NCBI GenBank assembly: GCA_045566195.1
Contig: JBJLDV010000016.1
Location: 18,386 to 82,385, forward strand
Origin: Candidatus Pelagibacter sp.
Lineage (GTDB): Bacteria; Pseudomonadota; Alphaproteobacteria; Pelagibacterales; Pelagibacteraceae
Direction: 5' to 3'
Length of the DNA stretch: 64,000 nt
The notes beneath the pieces are model-generated. The model made no database searches and had not been told where the DNA came from. It worked only from the letters and a program-made list of their open reading frames with translations. Position 1 is the first letter of the stretch. Each line of letters starts with the position of its first letter. Below, in pieces: positions 1 through 14,322 of this stretch. Both the position numbers and the translations under genes were made by a program.

Positions 1-195
1 AAAAAACCAATAGTTGGTTTTATTGCTGGTGTTACAGCGCCCCCAGGTAGACGAATGGGCCATGCAGGAGCAATTATTTCAGGTGGCAAAGGTGGAGCAA
101 ATGATAAAATAAGAACAATGGAGAAAGCAGGTATTACTATTGCAAAATCACCAGGTGAAATAGGAAAAACGCTTTTAGAAAAATTGTCACTTTAA
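1..195 (+). CDS. sucD: Succinyl-CoA synthetase alpha subunit, 3' end (5' part outside window)
   Basis: Frame 1 reads [29 protein letters not shown]...LSL then TAA at 193-195; MGHAGA phospho-His motif; lies upstream of sucA. Confidence 0.96.
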   Translation, partial: KKPIVGFIAGVTAPPGRRMGHAGAIISGGKGGANDKIRTMEKAGITIAKSPGEIGKTLLEKLSL

Positions 196-234
196 ATAAT
201 ATATAAAAAAAATTATAATCTAATTATAAAATTA

Positions 235-3105
235 ATGAGTTCATCAAAAAATTTAGATCAAAAAAACACATCTTTTTTAACAAAGTCAAATAGTGCTTTT
301 ATTGAAAATATGTACATAAGATATATCGAAAAAGATCCAAACTTACCTGTAAGTTGGATAGATTATTTTGATACTTTGAATGAAGATATCAATTCTGTGG
401 TTAAAGAACTTGAAGGACCTACTTGGCAACCTCAAAAAAAAAAAATTAATTTAAATAAAGAAAAAAATCAAAGCCAAAATATAAATATTGAAAATATAGA
501 GCTATCAAAAGTTGAATCTATAAAAGCTATAGCACTAATACGAGCATATAGGATTAGGGGACACTTGATAGCAAATCTTGATCCATTAAAAATGATGGAT
601 AGAAAATATTTACATGAACTACACCCAGAGGACCATGGATTTAAAAAGGAGGATTATGATAAAAAAATATATTTAGGGTCTTATTTAGATACTGGCTATG
701 CATCAATTAATGAAATTTTAAATAAACTTAGAAAAGTTTACTGCTCTACAATAGGCGCTGAGTATATGCATATTTCTGATCCTGAGGAAAAAGTTTGGTT
801 CAGAGATAGAATGGAGAAGGAACAAAATCAATTAAGTTTTACTGAAAATGGTAAAAAAGCAATATTAAACAAAGTCGTTCAGGCCGAGGGATTTGAGAAA
901 TTTCTTGCAAAAAAATATGTAGGAACAAAAAGATTTGGTTTAGATGGGGGTGAATCTTTAATACCGGCTTTAGAACAGATAATTAAAAGAGGTGGTCAAT
1001 TAGGAGTTAAGGAAGTTAAAATAGGCATGCCACACAGAGGAAGGTTAAATGTCTTGGCTAATGTTTTACAAAAATCTTATAAAAGGATTTTTAATGAATT
1101 TGCCGGTGAAGCAAGTTACAATAAATTAGAGGATTCAACAGGTGATGTAAAATACCACTTAGGTGCTTCCTCTGATAGAGAATTTGACGGAAACGTGGTA
1201 CATGTAAGTTTAACAGATAACCCATCACACCTTGAAGCTGTTAATCCAGTTGTCCTTGGTCAAACTAGAGCAAAACAATTCTTTCATAAAGACACTAAAA
1301 GAGAAAAAGTAATTCCAATTTTAATTCATGGAGATGCCGCTTTTGCTGGTCAAGGAGTAGTAGCTGAATGTTTTGCAATGTCTGGTCTAAAAGGACATAA
1401 TACGGGAGGAACTATTCATATAATTTTGAATAATCAAATTGGTTTTACAACTAGTCCTAGGTTTGCAAGATCTAGTCCGTATCCATCAGACCTTGGAAAA
1501 GTTGTTGAAGCACCAATATTGCATTGTAATGGTGATGATCCAGAGTCAGTTGTTCACTGTGCTAAAATTGCAATAGAGTTTAGACAAAGATTTAAAAGAG
1601 ATGTCGTCATAGATATTATTTGCTATAGAAGATTTGGACATAATGAGGGAGATGAACCATCATTTACACAACCATTGATGTATAAAAAAATAAGAAGTCA
1701 TCCAACAACTTTATCAATATATGGAGATAAATTAATAAAAGAAAAAATTATATCCAAAAATGATTTTGATAATAACATAAATGATTTTAAAAACTTGCTT
1801 GATGAGCAATTTAAAACAGCAAAAGATTACAAACCTAAATTAAATTGGTTTGAAGGTACTTGGTCAAGATATCAGCCAAAAAAAGGAAAAGATAGAAGAG
1901 GTCAGACAGGTGTTGATATTAATACACTGATCAAAATTTCTGAAAAAATTAATGATGTTAAAGATGATCAAAATATTCATAAAACTATTAAAAAAATATT
2001 CTCAAATAGACATAAAAGTATTTTAGAGAAAAAGAATATTGATTGGTCTAATGCAGAGGCACTTGCTTTTGGTAGTCTTTTGAAAGAAGGCTTTCCAGTA
2101 AGGCTTGTTGGCCAAGATTCAGGGAGAGGAACTTTTAGTCAAAGACATTCTGTTTTAAGAAATCAAGAAGACAATTCAAGATATATCCCATTAAATAATA
2201 TTTCAGACAAACAAAAAAACTTTGAAATTGTTGACAGTTTTTTATCTGAACTGGCTGTCCTTGGTTTCGAGTATGGTTATAGTTTAGTTGAACCTGAAAC
2301 ATTGACAATTTGGGAAGCTCAGTTTGGAGATTTTGCAAACGGAGCGCAAGTTGTAATTGATCAATTTATATCCTCTGGTGAGAGAAAATGGTTTAGAGCT
2401 TCAGGTTTAGTCCTTTTATTACCACATGGATATGAAGGCCAAGGTCCTGAACATTCATCTGCAAGACTTGAAAGATTTTTGCAACTTTGTGGACAGGAAA
2501 ATTTACAGGTTCTAAATTGTACAACACCAGCTAATTATTTTCATGCCCTGAGAAGACAAATTCATAGAGATTTTAGAAAACCATTGGTAATAATGACCCC
2601 TAAATCTCTATTAAGACATAAAATCTGCGTTTCAAATTTGGAGGATTTTAGTAATAAAAATTCTTTTCACAGAATTCTCCAAGATCATGCTTTTGATGAG
2701 GAAAGTGGTTTTATTAAACTCAAAAAAGATAAAAAGATTGAAAAAGTTGTAATATGCTCAGGAAAAATATACTTCGATTTACTAGAAGCAAGAGAGAAAG
2801 CAAAAAAAAATAACGTTGTCTTCTTAAGAATTGAGCAGTTATACCCGTTTCCTGCAAAATCTTTAGCTAAAGCACTAAAGCCTTATGCAAAAAATGCTAA
2901 TTTTATATGGTGTCAAGAAGAGCCAAAAAATATGGGAGCTTGGTTCTCAGTGAGAGATTATATACAATGGACTTTAGATTATATAAAGGCTAATAATAAC
3001 AAAATTTCTTACATTGGAAGAGGGGTTGCAGCATCTCCTGCAACTGGATACGCAAAAAGGCACTTGGACCAACAGAGAGAAATTATTGAGGAAGTATTAA
3101 AATAA
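235..3105 (+). CDS. sucA: 2-oxoglutarate dehydrogenase E1
   Basis: [20 protein letters not shown]-binding [33 protein letters not shown]. Confidence 0.98.
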   Translation: MSSSKNLDQKNTSFLTKSNSAFIENMYIRYIEKDPNLPVSWIDYFDTLNEDINSVVKELEGPTWQPQKKKINLNKEKNQSQNINIENIELSKVESIKAIALIRAYRIRGHLIANLDPLKMMDRKYLHELHPEDHGFKKEDYDKKIYLGSYLDTGYASINEILNKLRKVYCSTIGAEYMHISDPEEKVWFRDRMEKEQNQLSFTENGKKAILNKVVQAEGFEKFLAKKYVGTKRFGLDGGESLIPALEQIIKRGGQLGVKEVKIGMPHRGRLNVLANVLQKSYKRIFNEFAGEASYNKLEDSTGDVKYHLGASSDREFDGNVVHVSLTDNPSHLEAVNPVVLGQTRAKQFFHKDTKREKVIPILIHGDAAFAGQGVVAECFAMSGLKGHNTGGTIHIILNNQIGFTTSPRFARSSPYPSDLGKVVEAPILHCNGDDPESVVHCAKIAIEFRQRFKRDVVIDIICYRRFGHNEGDEPSFTQPLMYKKIRSHPTTLSIYGDKLIKEKIISKNDFDNNINDFKNLLDEQFKTAKDYKPKLNWFEGTWSRYQPKKGKDRRGQTGVDINTLIKISEKINDVKDDQNIHKTIKKIFSNRHKSILEKKNIDWSNAEALAFGSLLKEGFPVRLVGQDSGRGTFSQRHSVLRNQEDNSRYIPLNNISDKQKNFEIVDSFLSELAVLGFEYGYSLVEPETLTIWEAQFGDFANGAQVVIDQFISSGERKWFRASGLVLLLPHGYEGQGPEHSSARLERFLQLCGQENLQVLNCTTPANYFHALRRQIHRDFRKPLVIMTPKSLLRHKICVSNLEDFSNKNSFHRILQDHAFDEESGFIKLKKDKKIEKVVICSGKIYFDLLEAREKAKKNNVVFLRIEQLYPFPAKSLAKALKPYAKNANFIWCQEEPKNMGAWFSVRDYIQWTLDYIKANNNKISYIGRGVAASPATGYAKRHLDQQREIIEEVLK

Positions 3106-3107
3106 AT

Positions 3108-4433
3108 ATGAGTGAGCAGATTATAGTACCAGCATTAGGCGAAAGTATAACAGAGGCAACTGTTGCTAAATGGCTTAAAAGTGTTGGTGATACAGTCGAA
3201 GCTGACGAACCTATTGTTGAACTTGAAACTGATAAAGTAAATTTAGAGGTTCCCTCTCCAATAAGTGGAACAGTCGGAGATATTAAATTTAAGGATGGTG
3301 ATACTGTCGAGGTAGGAGCTGTTTTAGGATCTGTCCAAACTAATGGTCATAATTTAAAAAAAGAAGAAGTTGAAATAAAAGAGACAGTAAAAAGTGAGGA
3401 AAAAAATAATATTAGTAAACTTGAACCTGAAAAAATACAGCCAAAAATTTTTGAGAAGGAAGACCCTATAGAGATTGAAGATAATGAAAATATTGATAGT
3501 GATGTAAAGGGAGAGCAGCCATTAATTTTAACTAATGAAATAACAAAAGAAATCAATACAACTGAAACTAAAATTAATAATAACCTTTCACCATCTGTTA
3601 GAAAAATAATCGCTGAAAAAAAAATAGATATTAGCTCTGTTACGGGAACTGGAAAAGATGGAAGGATATCTAAAGGTGATTTAATAAATCTAATGTCAGT
3701 AAAACCTGCTCCTTCCGAAAGAAAAATTAAATTTGGTGAAGAAGAAAAAATTAAAATGACAAGGTTGAGACAAACTATTGCGAAAAGACTGAAACAAGCC
3801 CAAGAAAATGCAGCACTACTAACCACTTTTAATGAAATTGATATGTCAGGAATTATTGAGATGAGGAAAGAAAATCAAGAAGATTTTCAAAAAAGATATG
3901 GAGTAAAATTGGGCTTTATGTCATTTTTTGTTAAATCATGCGTTTTAGCCCTTAAAGCATTTCCAATTGTAAATGCAGAAATTTCTGGTGACGAAATTAT
4001 ATATAAAAATTATTATAACATTAGTTTTGCAGTGGGTACCGATAAAGGATTAGTTGTTCCAGTATTAAAAAATGCAGATGAATTGTCTTTCGCTGATATT
4101 GAAAAAAATATTAAATCAATTTCCGATAAAGCTAGAGAGGGAAAGCTTAATATAGAGGATTTACAAGGAGGGACATTCACAATAAGTAATGGTGGAGTTT
4201 ATGGATCAATGTTATCAACTCCAATTTTAAATTTACCGCAATCTGCAGTTTTAGGCATGCATAATATTAGTGATAGACCCGTGGCCGTCGAAGGTGAAAT
4301 TAAAATAAGGCCAGTTATGTATTTAGCATTATCTTATGATCATAGAATTATTGATGGAAAAGACTCAGTTTCTTTTTTAAAAACAATAAAAGAGAATTTA
4401 GAGGATCCTAGAAGGTTATTTTTAGAGATTTAG
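3108..4433 (+). CDS. sucB: Dihydrolipoamide succinyltransferase E2
   Basis: Lipoyl motif ETDKVNLE, E3-binding [12 protein letters not shown], catalytic YDHRIIDG. Confidence 0.97.
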   Translation: MSEQIIVPALGESITEATVAKWLKSVGDTVEADEPIVELETDKVNLEVPSPISGTVGDIKFKDGDTVEVGAVLGSVQTNGHNLKKEEVEIKETVKSEEKNNISKLEPEKIQPKIFEKEDPIEIEDNENIDSDVKGEQPLILTNEITKEINTTETKINNNLSPSVRKIIAEKKIDISSVTGTGKDGRISKGDLINLMSVKPAPSERKIKFGEEEKIKMTRLRQTIAKRLKQAQENAALLTTFNEIDMSGIIEMRKENQEDFQKRYGVKLGFMSFFVKSCVLALKAFPIVNAEISGDEIIYKNYYNISFAVGTDKGLVVPVLKNADELSFADIEKNIKSISDKAREGKLNIEDLQGGTFTISNGGVYGSMLSTPILNLPQSAVLGMHNISDRPVAVEGEIKIRPVMYLALSYDHRIIDGKDSVSFLKTIKENLEDPRRLFLEI

Positions 4434-5834
4434 ATGTCTGACAAATTTCAAGCAACTATTATTGGTGGAGGCCCTGGAGGATATGTTTGTGCGATAAGAT
4501 TAGCTCAGCTAGGATTTAAAACTGCATGCATTGAATCTAGAGGAGCTTTGGGTGGTACATGTTTGAACGTTGGATGTATACCTTCTAAAAGTCTTTTAAA
4601 TCTTTCCGAAAATTACCATAAAGCAAAATCATTTGACCAACTAGGTATAGAGGTTGGACAAATAAAGTTAAACTTAGAAAAAATGATGAAAAATAAAGAA
4701 AAGGCAGTAGATGTTTTAACTAAAGGAGTAGAGTTTTTATTTAAAAAAAATAAAGTTACTTACTTCAAAGGAACTGGTTCTTTAAACTCTAACAATCAAA
4801 TTAAAATTACAGATTCAAATAAAAAAGAAATATTAATTAATTCTGATAAAATTATAATTTCTACAGGCTCGGAGGCTCAGGAACTACCAGGGACTAAATT
4901 TGATGAAAAAATAATTTTATCTTCAACTGGAGCCTTATCTTTAAATTCAGTACCAAAGAAAATGCTAATTGTTGGTGGCGGGTATATTGGACTAGAAATG
5001 GGATCGGTTTGGTCTAGACTAGGATCTGAAGTTCATGTTGTTGAGTTTCTAGACCACATCACTCCTGGTATGGATAAAGAGATTTCTAAAGAATTTATGA
5101 AAATTTTAAAAAAGCAAGGAATAAAATTTCACATGGAGACTAAAGTTGAAAATATAAAAAAAAATACTAACTCTGCAACAGTAACTATATCCAATAAAGA
5201 TGGGAAGCAAAGTCAAATTGAAACTGATGTTGTTCTTATTTCTGTTGGCAGAAAACCAAATACAAAAAACTTAAATTTAGAAAATATTGGAGTAAAACTA
5301 GATAACAAAAAAAGAGTCAAAGTTAATAAAAATTTTGAGACAAATATCCAAAATATTTATGCAATTGGAGATGTAATTGAAGGACCTATGCTTGCTCATA
5401 AAGCTGAAGAAGAAGGAATTGCAGTTGCTGAGCTAATTGCAGGTCAGTCTGGTCATGTAAACTATAATGTTATACCTGGAGTTATTTATACTACCCCCGA
5501 GGTTGCTGCAGTTGGTCAAACTGAAGAAATACTTAAAGAAAAAAATGTTAAATATAAAGTTGGAAAGTTTTCTTTTATGGCGAATTCTCGGGCTAAAGCT
5601 ATAAATGAAGCAGAAGGTTTTGTTAAAATTCTTGCAGATGAAATGAGTGATAAAGTCCTTGGTGTTCATCTAATAGGACCCCACGCAGGTGAATTAATTG
5701 CTGAAATGGCTGTGGCAATGGAATTTGGTGCCAGTGCAGAAGATATTGCAAGAACTTGCCATGCACATCCAACCTTTTCAGAGGCAATTAAAGAAGCAGC
5801 ATTATCTGTGGATAAAAGAGCAATACACTCTTAA
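4434..5834 (+). CDS. lpdA: Dihydrolipoamide dehydrogenase E3
   Basis: GGGPGG FAD motif, redox disulfide GGTCLNVGCIPSK, C-terminal HAHPTFSE. Confidence 0.98.
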   Translation: MSDKFQATIIGGGPGGYVCAIRLAQLGFKTACIESRGALGGTCLNVGCIPSKSLLNLSENYHKAKSFDQLGIEVGQIKLNLEKMMKNKEKAVDVLTKGVEFLFKKNKVTYFKGTGSLNSNNQIKITDSNKKEILINSDKIIISTGSEAQELPGTKFDEKIILSSTGALSLNSVPKKMLIVGGGYIGLEMGSVWSRLGSEVHVVEFLDHITPGMDKEISKEFMKILKKQGIKFHMETKVENIKKNTNSATVTISNKDGKQSQIETDVVLISVGRKPNTKNLNLENIGVKLDNKKRVKVNKNFETNIQNIYAIGDVIEGPMLAHKAEEEGIAVAELIAGQSGHVNYNVIPGVIYTTPEVAAVGQTEEILKEKNVKYKVGKFSFMANSRAKAINEAEGFVKILADEMSDKVLGVHLIGPHAGELIAEMAVAMEFGASAEDIARTCHAHPTFSEAIKEAALSVDKRAIHS

Positions 5835-5856
5835 AATATTCTCATATTATACGGTT

Positions 5857-7812
5857 ATGAAAGTACCGATTCTACTACCTAATATTTTTAATTATCCTTT
5901 TACTTATAATTCAAGTGTAAACTTAAAAGTTGGAGAATTTGTTGAAGTTCCATTTGGCAAAACAAAAATAGTTGGGGTTGTTTGGGATACATTTGAAGAA
6001 ACAAATAATAAAAATTATAAGCTTAAAAATGTAATCAAAAAATTTGATATACCTGGTCTTAAAAAAGAAACAGTAAAATTCTTAGATTGGTTTTCACAAT
6101 ATAATTTAATACCAAAGGGAATGGCACTTAAATTAATGTTATTAAGTAGCCAAGTAGTTGAAAAGCTACCTGATAAAGATTATTTAACTTATACTTGCAT
6201 TAAAAAGAAATCAAATTTTAATCTCTCTGACAATCAAAAAAAAAACCTAGAGGAAATAAGTAAAGATATTAAAAATTTCAGAGTCCACGTTTTACAAGGT
6301 GTAACGGGATCAGGAAAAACTATTGTATATTTCGAGGCAGTAAAAAAAATTATCAAAAATGGAAATCAAGTATTAATATTGCTTCCTGAGATTGGTCTGA
6401 CAAGTCAATTTGAAAAAAAATTTACAGAATTTTTTGGTTTTGAAGCAGCTTTATGGCATTCAAATATAACAAAAAAAAATAAAAAAATCGTATGGAGCGG
6501 CATAGTAAATAACAAAATAAAAGTTGTTATAGGAGCAAGATCATCACTTTTTTTACCCTTTAAAAACTTAGGTTTAATTATAGTCGACGAGGAGCATGAC
6601 CAATCTTATAAACAAGATGAGGGAATAATTTATAACGCTCGAGACATGGCAATAGCACGAGCAAATTTTGAAAATATACCCATCAATCTTGTAACTGCTG
6701 TCCCATCAATAGAGACATTCGATAATATTAAAAAAGGTAAATATCTAATCTCAAGACTAAATGAGAGATATAAAAAAGCCTCCCAGCCAAATCATGAAAT
6801 TATAAATTTAAATAAAACAAAATTAGATAAGTATTCATGGTTGTCCAAGGATGTAATTGAAAAAGCAAATGATCATTTAAAAAAAAATGATCAAGTTTTA
6901 TTTTTTTTAAATCGGAGAGGTTTTTCTCCACACGTATTATGTAAAAAATGTCTTAATAGTTATTCTTGTCCAAATTGTTCGATTAATCTGGTTTTCCATA
7001 AAAATAAAAAAGTACTATTATGTCATTATTGTGGGTTTAAAGATAAACTTGAAAGAAATTGTGGCAAAAATAATATTTGTGAGCCTGTTTTTTGTGGACC
7101 AGGCGTTGAAAGAATTACTGAGGAGGTAAAAAAAAAATTTCCAGATAAAAATATTTCGATTTTTTCAAGTGATACAATGAATAAAAAAAATTCATCAGAA
7201 ATATTAAAAAAAATATCTAATAACGAAATACAAATACTAGTTGGAACACAATTAATTTCAAAAGGTTTTCATTTTCCAAATTTAAATTGTATTATTGTAG
7301 TTGATATAGATCTATCATCCAGCGGACATGATTTGAGAGGAACAGAAAAAAATTTACAGCTCTATCATCAGCTTTCAGGTAGAGCAGGTAGATCTGGAAA
7401 GCCAGCAACAGTTTATTTCCAAACATATAATACTGATTTAAATTCTATAAAAAATTTGACAAATAGCGATCCAGACATTTTTCTGGGAAAAGAATTAGAA
7501 TTAAGAAAAAAAAATAATCTTCCTCCCTTTCAAAGATTTATATCTTTAATAATTACTGGAAGTGATGAAAAAAAAGCTGAGTTAGAATCTATAAAATTTA
7601 AAGAATTTATAGAAAAGCAAATAAAAGACAAAATTCTTGGTCCTGTAAATGCTCCTATTTTTAGGATAAAAAGAAAGTATAGATTAAGACTTTTAGTTAG
7701 AGGCAGAAAATCACTAAATCTACAGAGCTCCTTATCAAAAATTATATCAAAATATAAATTTCCTCATGGAATAAAACTGACAGTTGATGTTGACCCAATA
7801 AACTTCAATTAA
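5857..7812 (+). CDS. priA: Primosomal protein N' (replication restart helicase)
   Basis: GVTGSGKT, DEEHDQSYKQ, Cys-rich Zn region, QLSGRAGR, C-terminal VDVDP; start moved to ATG 5857 (MKVPILL) because the track start overlaps lpdA. Confidence 0.94.
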   Translation: MKVPILLPNIFNYPFTYNSSVNLKVGEFVEVPFGKTKIVGVVWDTFEETNNKNYKLKNVIKKFDIPGLKKETVKFLDWFSQYNLIPKGMALKLMLLSSQVVEKLPDKDYLTYTCIKKKSNFNLSDNQKKNLEEISKDIKNFRVHVLQGVTGSGKTIVYFEAVKKIIKNGNQVLILLPEIGLTSQFEKKFTEFFGFEAALWHSNITKKNKKIVWSGIVNNKIKVVIGARSSLFLPFKNLGLIIVDEEHDQSYKQDEGIIYNARDMAIARANFENIPINLVTAVPSIETFDNIKKGKYLISRLNERYKKASQPNHEIINLNKTKLDKYSWLSKDVIEKANDHLKKNDQVLFFLNRRGFSPHVLCKKCLNSYSCPNCSINLVFHKNKKVLLCHYCGFKDKLERNCGKNNICEPVFCGPGVERITEEVKKKFPDKNISIFSSDTMNKKNSSEILKKISNNEIQILVGTQLISKGFHFPNLNCIIVVDIDLSSSGHDLRGTEKNLQLYHQLSGRAGRSGKPATVYFQTYNTDLNSIKNLTNSDPDIFLGKELELRKKNNLPPFQRFISLIITGSDEKKAELESIKFKEFIEKQIKDKILGPVNAPIFRIKRKYRLRLLVRGRKSLNLQSSLSKIISKYKFPHGIKLTVDVDPINFN

Positions 7813-7847
7813 TCAACAAAATACTGACTATTTTGACAATGTGTTAC

Positions 7848-7876
7848 TTGAAGACATTTTTATCATATGTTAATTA
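7848..7876 (+). promoter_or_regulatory. Putative sigma70 promoter of atpHAGDC
   Basis: TTGAAG-17 nt-TAATTA in the priA-atpH gap. Confidence 0.4.
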
Positions 7877-7917
7877 ATCTGAATTTTTAAATAATCCTCA
7901 CTTACAAAGGTTATAAA

Positions 7918-8475
7918 TTGACTGGTAACAAAAATTTCTCAGAAACTTCAGTTGGTAGGTATTCATTAGCGTTGTATGAGTTATCAGATGAGGCAAAAGT
8001 AATAAGTGAAATTGAAAAGCAAGTTATATCTTTAGTTAATTTAATTAATAATAGTAAAGATCTAGATTTTTTTATAAAGAACCCTACCATTAAAAAAGAA
8101 GATCAAGAAAAAATCATTCAACAGATTTCTGACAAATTTAATCTTAATAAATTATTAACTAAATTTTTGTGCTATTTGATTTCTAAAAGACGTTTTTTTT
8201 ATGTGGAAAAAATCCTTCTAGACTTTATAGAAACCTGTTCAAAAAAAAGAGGTGAAATAAAAGCAGAATTACTAGCAGCTAATGATTTGAATAAGGAAGA
8301 AATTATAAAAATAGAGAATGACTTATCGAGTTCATTTGATTCAAAAATAAAATTAAATTTCAAAAAAGATCCAAGTTTAATTGGTGGTTTAATTGTTCAG
8401 GTTAGTAGTACGATGATAGATACCTCCATAAAAAATAAATTACAAAAAATAGAAAACAATATGATAGAGGCTTAA
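7918..8475 (+). CDS. atpH: ATP synthase F1 delta subunit (TTG start)
   Basis: RYSLAL, DPSLIGGLIVQVSSTMIDTS; first gene of the F1 operon. Confidence 0.93.
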   Translation: MTGNKNFSETSVGRYSLALYELSDEAKVISEIEKQVISLVNLINNSKDLDFFIKNPTIKKEDQEKIIQQISDKFNLNKLLTKFLCYLISKRRFFYVEKILLDFIETCSKKRGEIKAELLAANDLNKEEIIKIENDLSSSFDSKIKLNFKKDPSLIGGLIVQVSSTMIDTSIKNKLQKIENNMIEA

Positions 8476-10011
8476 ATGGAAATAAATCCTTCAGAAGTAA
8501 CAAAAATATTAAAAGAGCAGATTAAAAAATTTGGAGATAAAGCTGAAATAACTGAAGTTGGTCAGGTATTATCAATAGGCGATGGTATAGCTAGAGTTTA
8601 TGGATTAGATAATGTTCAGGCAGGTGAGATGGTTGAATTTTCCGATGGGTCAAAAGGAATGGCTCTTAACCTAGAGAGTGAGAATGTAGGGGTTGTAATC
8701 TTTGGAGATGATAGAAATATTAAGGAAGGTGATGTAGTAAAAAGAACGGGAAGTATCGTTGATACACCTGTTGGAAAAGAATTGTTAGGAAGAGTTGTTG
8801 ATGGATTGGGTAATCCAATTGATGGTAAAGGTGTTTTAGATAAAGGAGTAAAAAAAACTAGAGTTGAAGTAAAAGCTCCAGGAATTATTCCAAGACAGTC
8901 TGTTAGTGAGCCAATGCAAACAGGATTAAAATCAATTGATAGTTTGGTGCCAGTTGGAAGAGGGCAACGTGAATTAATTATAGGTGATAGACAAACTGGT
9001 AAAACTGCAGTTGCTATTGATGCAATTATTAACCAAAAAAAAATAAATGAAACTGGTGATGAGAAGCAAAAACTTTATTGTGTGTATGTAGCCATAGGTC
9101 AAAAAAGATCTACAGTTAGACAAATTCAAAAAACTCTAGAAGAGGCAGGGGCAATGGAATACACAACAATTGTAGCTGCAACAGCTTCAGATGCTGCACC
9201 ACTTCAATTTCTTGCTCCATATACTGGATGTGCAATGGGTGAGTATTTTAGAGACAATGGTATGCACGCATTGATTATCTATGATGATTTATCTAAACAG
9301 GCTGTAGCATACAGACAAATGTCACTTTTGTTAAGGAGACCACCTGGAAGAGAAGCTTATCCTGGGGATGTATTTTACTTACATAGTAGACTACTTGAAA
9401 GAGCTGCAAAACTTAGTGATGAACATGGAGGTGGTTCATTAACTGCTCTTCCTATTATTGAGACACAGGGTGGTGACGTATCAGCTTTTATACCAACGAA
9501 TGTGATATCAATTACAGACGGACAAATATTTCTTGAAACAGAATTATTTAACCAGGGAATTAGACCAGCAATTAACGTAGGGCTATCAGTTTCTAGAGTA
9601 GGATCATCAGCTCAAACAAAAGCAATGAAAAAAGTTTCTGGTTCTATGAAACTAGAACTTGCTCAATATAGAGAAATGGCAGCTTTTGCTCAGTTTGGTT
9701 CAGACCTGGATGCCTCTACTCAAAAGTTACTTAATCGTGGATCAAAATTAACTGAACTTTTAAAACAAAAACAATATTCTCCGATGACTGTTGCAGAGCA
9801 AGTAATTTCGGTATTTTGTGGAGTCAAAGGATATTTAGATGATGTAGAACTCAAGGATATTGCTGAGTTTGAAGCTAAAATTATTGAAAAAAGTAAATCT
9901 GAAAAACCAGAGATCATAGAATCGATTTTAAGTTCTGGTAAATTAGAGGAAAATACTGAAAAACTATTAGTTGATGTAATAACAGAGCTAAAGAAAAACT
10001 TTAAATCATAA
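8476..10011 (+). CDS. atpA: ATP synthase F1 alpha subunit
   Basis: [30 protein letters not shown]. Confidence 0.99.
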   Translation: MEINPSEVTKILKEQIKKFGDKAEITEVGQVLSIGDGIARVYGLDNVQAGEMVEFSDGSKGMALNLESENVGVVIFGDDRNIKEGDVVKRTGSIVDTPVGKELLGRVVDGLGNPIDGKGVLDKGVKKTRVEVKAPGIIPRQSVSEPMQTGLKSIDSLVPVGRGQRELIIGDRQTGKTAVAIDAIINQKKINETGDEKQKLYCVYVAIGQKRSTVRQIQKTLEEAGAMEYTTIVAATASDAAPLQFLAPYTGCAMGEYFRDNGMHALIIYDDLSKQAVAYRQMSLLLRRPPGREAYPGDVFYLHSRLLERAAKLSDEHGGGSLTALPIIETQGGDVSAFIPTNVISITDGQIFLETELFNQGIRPAINVGLSVSRVGSSAQTKAMKKVSGSMKLELAQYREMAAFAQFGSDLDASTQKLLNRGSKLTELLKQKQYSPMTVAEQVISVFCGVKGYLDDVELKDIAEFEAKIIEKSKSEKPEIIESILSSGKLEENTEKLLVDVITELKKNFKS

Positions 10012-10014
10012 AAT

Positions 10015-12307
<2,293 letters not shown>

Positions 12308-12308
<1 letters not shown>

Positions 12309-12706
12309 TGAGTGAGTTATTTAATTTAGAAATAATAAATCCAGAAAAATCCTTTTTTACAAAAGATGATGTTAAGGAGGTTGTTGTACCTGCTTATGAA
12401 GGTGAGATGGGAATATTAAAAGATCATATTTCAATAATATCTTTTTTAAAACCTGGAATAATGAAAGTTTTTACAAGTAATAGTGAGGAAAAATTTTATA
12501 TAGAGGATGGTATATTAGAGTTTAAAGATAATTCTCTATCAATATTAACAAGTTCAGTAATTAAATACGATCAATTAGATAGAGATTATATTCAAAAATC
12601 AATTCAAGAAGCGGAAGAGAATCTATCTAAAGATGATATTAATGATCAACAAAGATTTTTAATATCTCAAAAAATTGATACTTTAAAGTCTGTAATAGTT
12701 AACTAG
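12308..12706 (+). CDS. atpC: ATP synthase F1 epsilon subunit
   Basis: LEIINPE, PAYEGEMGILKDH; follows atpD with TAATG overlap. Confidence 0.93.
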
Positions 12707-13187
12707 TTAAAAATTTTTGAACTTCTAATTCAACTTTTTTATAAACATCTATTTTAAAATCTACGACATTTTTTGTTAAAGAATTAGCATCAATCCATTT
12801 CCATTCTAAAAACTCTGGTTTTTTTGTATTAATATCAATTTCAGACTCTTCACCTAAAAATCTCATAATAAACCATTTTTGTTTCTGCCCTTTAAACTTT
12901 CCCTTCCAAATTATTCCTAATAAACGCTCAGGCAAATAATAAATTGTATAACCATCTATTTCCTTGATTAATGATACACTTTTAACGCTTGTCTCCTCGT
13001 ATAATTCTCTGATTGCTGCTTGGTGATCGTTTTCCCCTGGATCTATACCACCCTGAGGCATTTGCCAATAATTATTGGGATTATCAATTCTCTTTGCAAC
13101 AAAAATTTTGTTATTTTGATTTAGCAAAACAATACCTACACCATTACGTAATGGAAGATTTTTAAAATCTTTTTTTGATTTAACCAT
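12699..13187 (-). CDS. rppH: RNA pyrophosphohydrolase (Nudix)
   Basis: WQMPQGGIDPGE...AAIRELYEETS Nudix box, GQKQKWF. Confidence 0.94.
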   Translation of the reverse strand: MVKSKKDFKNLPLRNGVGIVLLNQNNKIFVAKRIDNPNNYWQMPQGGIDPGENDHQAAIRELYEETSVKSVSLIKEIDGYTIYYLPERLLGIIWKGKFKGQKQKWFIMRFLGEESEIDINTKKPEFLEWKWIDANSLTKNVVDFKIDVYKKVELEVQKFLTS

Positions 13188-14322
13188 TTAATAATTTAAT
13201 AGCATAACTAAGCTGATTATCTGTTTCAGTATCTATCCTGAAGTCATCAGTTTCTTCACTAACAACTATATCAGGCGTTACGCCAACCTCAGAAATTGAC
13301 TTACCTGAGGGTAAATAATATTTAGAAATTGTAAGCCTAATAGCCCCCTTATTTTTAAGTGGTATAATTGATTGCACAGACCCTTTTCCATAACTATTTT
13401 CACCAACTAAAATTGCTCTTTTATGATCTTTTAATGCACCAGCTACTATTTCTGATGCTGAAGCAGAGCCATTATTTATTAAAACTAACAAAGTTTTTCC
13501 ATTTAAAATATCTCCATCTTTTGCAAACCATTTTCTATTTTCACTTTCTTGTCTAGATTTTGTAGAAACTATTTCACCGCTTGAAAGAAAAAAATCAGAG
13601 ATTTTTATTGCTTGTGATAATAATCCACCAGGATTATTTCTTAAATCTAGTATAAAACCTTTAATTTTTTCATTATCATTAAATTCATTAAGTTTTCGTT
13701 TGATCTGTTTTCCACTGTTTTCATTAAATGCTGTAAGCCTTATATAACCAATATTATTTTCTAATATTTTTGATTTAACTGATCGTATTTTTATAATTTT
13801 CCTTGTTATACTAAAAACAAGAGCTTTTTTTACCCCTCTACGTCTAACAGTAATCTCAATATCCGAACCGACGGGGCCTCTCATTATTTCCACCGCTTCA
13901 GATAATGTTTTTCCCTGTACTTGTATGTCATTAATTTTAACAATATAGTCTCCTGCTTTTACGCCAGCTTCATAAGCCGGAGAATCATCTAAAGGCGAGA
14001 TAACTTTTACCACTCCAGACTCCATACTAACTTCAATACCAAGTCCTCCAAATTCGCCACTTGTTTCTGTTTGCATATTTTGAAAAGACTCTGGAGACAT
14101 ATAAGCAGAATAAGGATCTAAAGATTGTAAAACTCCATTTATAGCAGCATCCATAGCTTCAGACTGGTCAACTTCATCTACATATTCTTTATTAATTTTG
14201 TTTAATACTTCGCTAAATAAGTCTATCTTTTCATATATATTTTCTTCAGACGCAGAATACGAATTTTTAATACAAAATATTGAAATAACTAAAAATAAAA
14301 TTATTAATTTAAGTTTAATCAT
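13180..14322 (-). CDS. ctpA: Carboxyl-terminal processing protease, S41 family
   Basis: Signal peptide, PDZ GLGIEV, LDLRNNPGG, SASASEIVAGAL, GKGSVQ. Confidence 0.94.
   Translation of the reverse strand: MIKLKLIILFLVISIFCIKNSYSASEENIYEKIDLFSEVLNKINKEYVDEVDQSEAMDAAINGVLQSLDPYSAYMSPESFQNMQTETSGEFGGLGIEVSMESGVVKVISPLDDSPAYEAGVKAGDYIVKINDIQVQGKTLSEAVEIMRGPVGSDIEITVRRRGVKKALVFSITRKIIKIRSVKSKILENNIGYIRLTAFNENSGKQIKRKLNEFNDNEKIKGFILDLRNNPGGLLSQAIKISDFFLSSGEIVSTKSRQESENRKWFAKDGDILNGKTLLVLINNGSASASEIVAGALKDHKRAILVGENSYGKGSVQSIIPLKNKGAIRLTISKYYLPSGKSISEVGVTPDIVVSEETDDFRIDTETDNQLSYAIKLLNG

Noticed and set aside
196-234. AT-rich quasi-palindrome between sucD and sucA
   Set aside because: Almost pure A/T, so symmetry is expected by chance and no stable stem forms.
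434-445. A12 homopolymer in sucA, and other A/T runs of 10-11 nt, as phase-variation sites
   Set aside because: All are in frame, mostly Lys codons in core genes, and expected at this AT content; no frameshifted gene was seen.
3340-3590. Long Glu/Lys/Asn-rich segment in SucB as a novel domain
   Set aside because: It occupies the position of the normal flexible lipoyl linker; AT-biased composition explains it.
5698-5856. Long N-terminal extension of PriA given by the ORF track
   Set aside because: It overlaps the lpdA coding end; ATG 5857 gives a normal start. Track starts for rpmB, aguB, ampG, murU, the SLT protein and pyrF were trimmed for similar reasons.
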